Source of the DNA: an uncultured Pelagibacteraceae bacterium
Lineage (GTDB): Bacteria > Pseudomonadota > Alphaproteobacteria > Pelagibacterales > AG-422-B15
Assembly (NCBI GenBank): GCA_902524285.1
Contig: CABZCR010000006.1
Coordinates: 4,391 to 68,390, forward strand
DNA length: 64,000 nt
Direction of reading: 5' to 3'
The position numbers and the translations under genes were made by a program. The first letter of the stretch is position 1. Every line of letters starts with the position of its first letter. The notes below the pieces were generated by a model, which saw only the letters and a program-made list of their open reading frames with translations, was not told where the DNA came from and did not search any database. Positions 63,256 to 64,000 of this stretch are shown here, piece after piece.

Positions 63256-63681
63256 TTATTTTTGCTTTGGATACCAAATAATTGCTGCATACATTATTGC
63301 TACAATAACTAAAAATGCCATACCTAGGGGTGTAGGCGTGAATGTAGCTTCGGTAGTGCCCACATAATTTATCCAGCCTTCAGCGACTGGAGATATCTCT
63401 GTTCCAGTCTCTTTTAATTGTTCAAATGCAAAGGCTGAAGCAATATAATTGCCAACTGCTTCTGTAAATTGTATCCAGGTACCAAAAACAATAATGCCGC
63501 AAAAAATTGATGATATTATTTTGCCAAACATGGTAGGTTCCTCACCAGATGCTGGTACACGAGTACCTACTGCTATTCTAAATCCTAACCATATAAATAT
63601 TGCTGATGCAACAAATGCTAAGGCACTTCCAATTCTAAATGAATTAAAAATGGACCATATTTGAAATTCTTCAGGGCTCAT
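63256..63681 (-). CDS. hypothetical membrane protein, about 3 TM helices
   Basis: 141-aa ORF with three hydrophobic segments and AGGAG upstream of the ATG; no family recognised. Confidence 0.8.
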   Translation of the reverse strand: MSPEEFQIWSIFNSFRIGSALAFVASAIFIWLGFRIAVGTRVPASGEEPTMFGKIISSIFCGIIVFGTWIQFTEAVGNYIASAFAFEQLKETGTEISPVAEGWINYVGTTEATFTPTPLGMAFLVIVAIMYAAIIWYPKQK

Positions 63682-63915
63682 AATTTATTCTCCTAATGTT
63701 TTAATTAATGAAAAGGGTATATTGCTTCTGAAAAATAAATATATTAGAGTTTAGTTGTATTTAATAATTTTCGTATAATATATATTATGTAAAATATATT
63801 ATAATGCATAAAATCAATTACTTAATATACTATGTTTATAAAACAATATATATTAATTTAAAATATTAAATAATTACAATAGTTTATAATAATAAACTAA
63901 TGTTTAAAATTAAGT

Positions 63916-64000
63916 ATGAAATATTTAATATATAGAAATGATGGAATTGGAGACTTAATTGTTACCACTCCTTTTATCGAGTCATTAAGAACACTTGATA
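63916..64000 (+). CDS. glycosyltransferase family 9 (LPS heptosyltransferase-like), 5' part only
   Basis: Hand translation MKYLIYRNDGIGDLIVTTPFIESLRTLD matches the GT9 N-terminal R-x-D-x-I-G-D...T-P motif. Confidence 0.75.
   Translation, partial: MKYLIYRNDGIGDLIVTTPFIESLRTLD

Noticed and set aside
254-63664. Short antisense or alternate-frame ORFs in the track (e.g. 254-484, 1026-1238, 5812-6048, 18412-18717, 22312-22638, 37149-37469, 63449-63664)
   Set aside because: They lie wholly or mostly within well-supported genes, have no recognisable motifs and look like shadow ORFs.
63770-63900. AT palindromes (e.g. ATAATATATATTAT at 63775-63788) as an operator or replication origin
   Set aside because: Expected by chance in nearly pure A/T sequence; I saw no cluster of DnaA boxes.
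1-64000. CRISPR arrays, IS elements, prophage, rRNA or tRNA genes
   Set aside because: No regularly spaced repeats, transposase, integrase or phage genes were seen, and the few intergenic gaps show no such RNA structure.

Overview
An AT-rich, very compact core-genome segment from a streamlined alphaproteobacterium. Gene order and composition suggest a marine SAR11/HIMB59-like lineage, which is an inference. Left end: three minus-strand redox/detox genes. Then about 36 kb of co-oriented, mostly translationally coupled genes: nuoA-N, birA, coaX, rnj, mce, DUF1467, proS, lolE/D, dnaE, rpsB-tsf-pyrH-frr-uppS-cdsA-dxr-bamA-skp-lpxD-fabZ-lpxA-lpxI. These are followed by gltA, lexA (with its own SOS box), trpCDGE-ppiD, tpiA-secG-pyrG-kdsA-eno-ftsB-lipA-ratA, cinA-pgpA-ispDF and ntrYX-trkA-dat-hflX. 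The right end holds glycosyltransferases and an unknown membrane protein. I found no mobile elements, CRISPR arrays, tRNAs or rRNAs, and no clearly new multi-gene system. The most unusual signals are in complex I: a roughly 145-aa repeat-containing insertion in NuoG, and substitutions at normally near-invariant quinone-site residues of NuoD and NuoB. Other points of interest are a probable ATT-initiated, C-terminally truncated HflX, a probably leaderless pyrG preceded by TTCC, GANTC-containing promoters, divergent genes with almost no intergenic space, and clean absence of several usual neighbours (rseP, lpxB, gltX, pdh, ntrBC, hfq).
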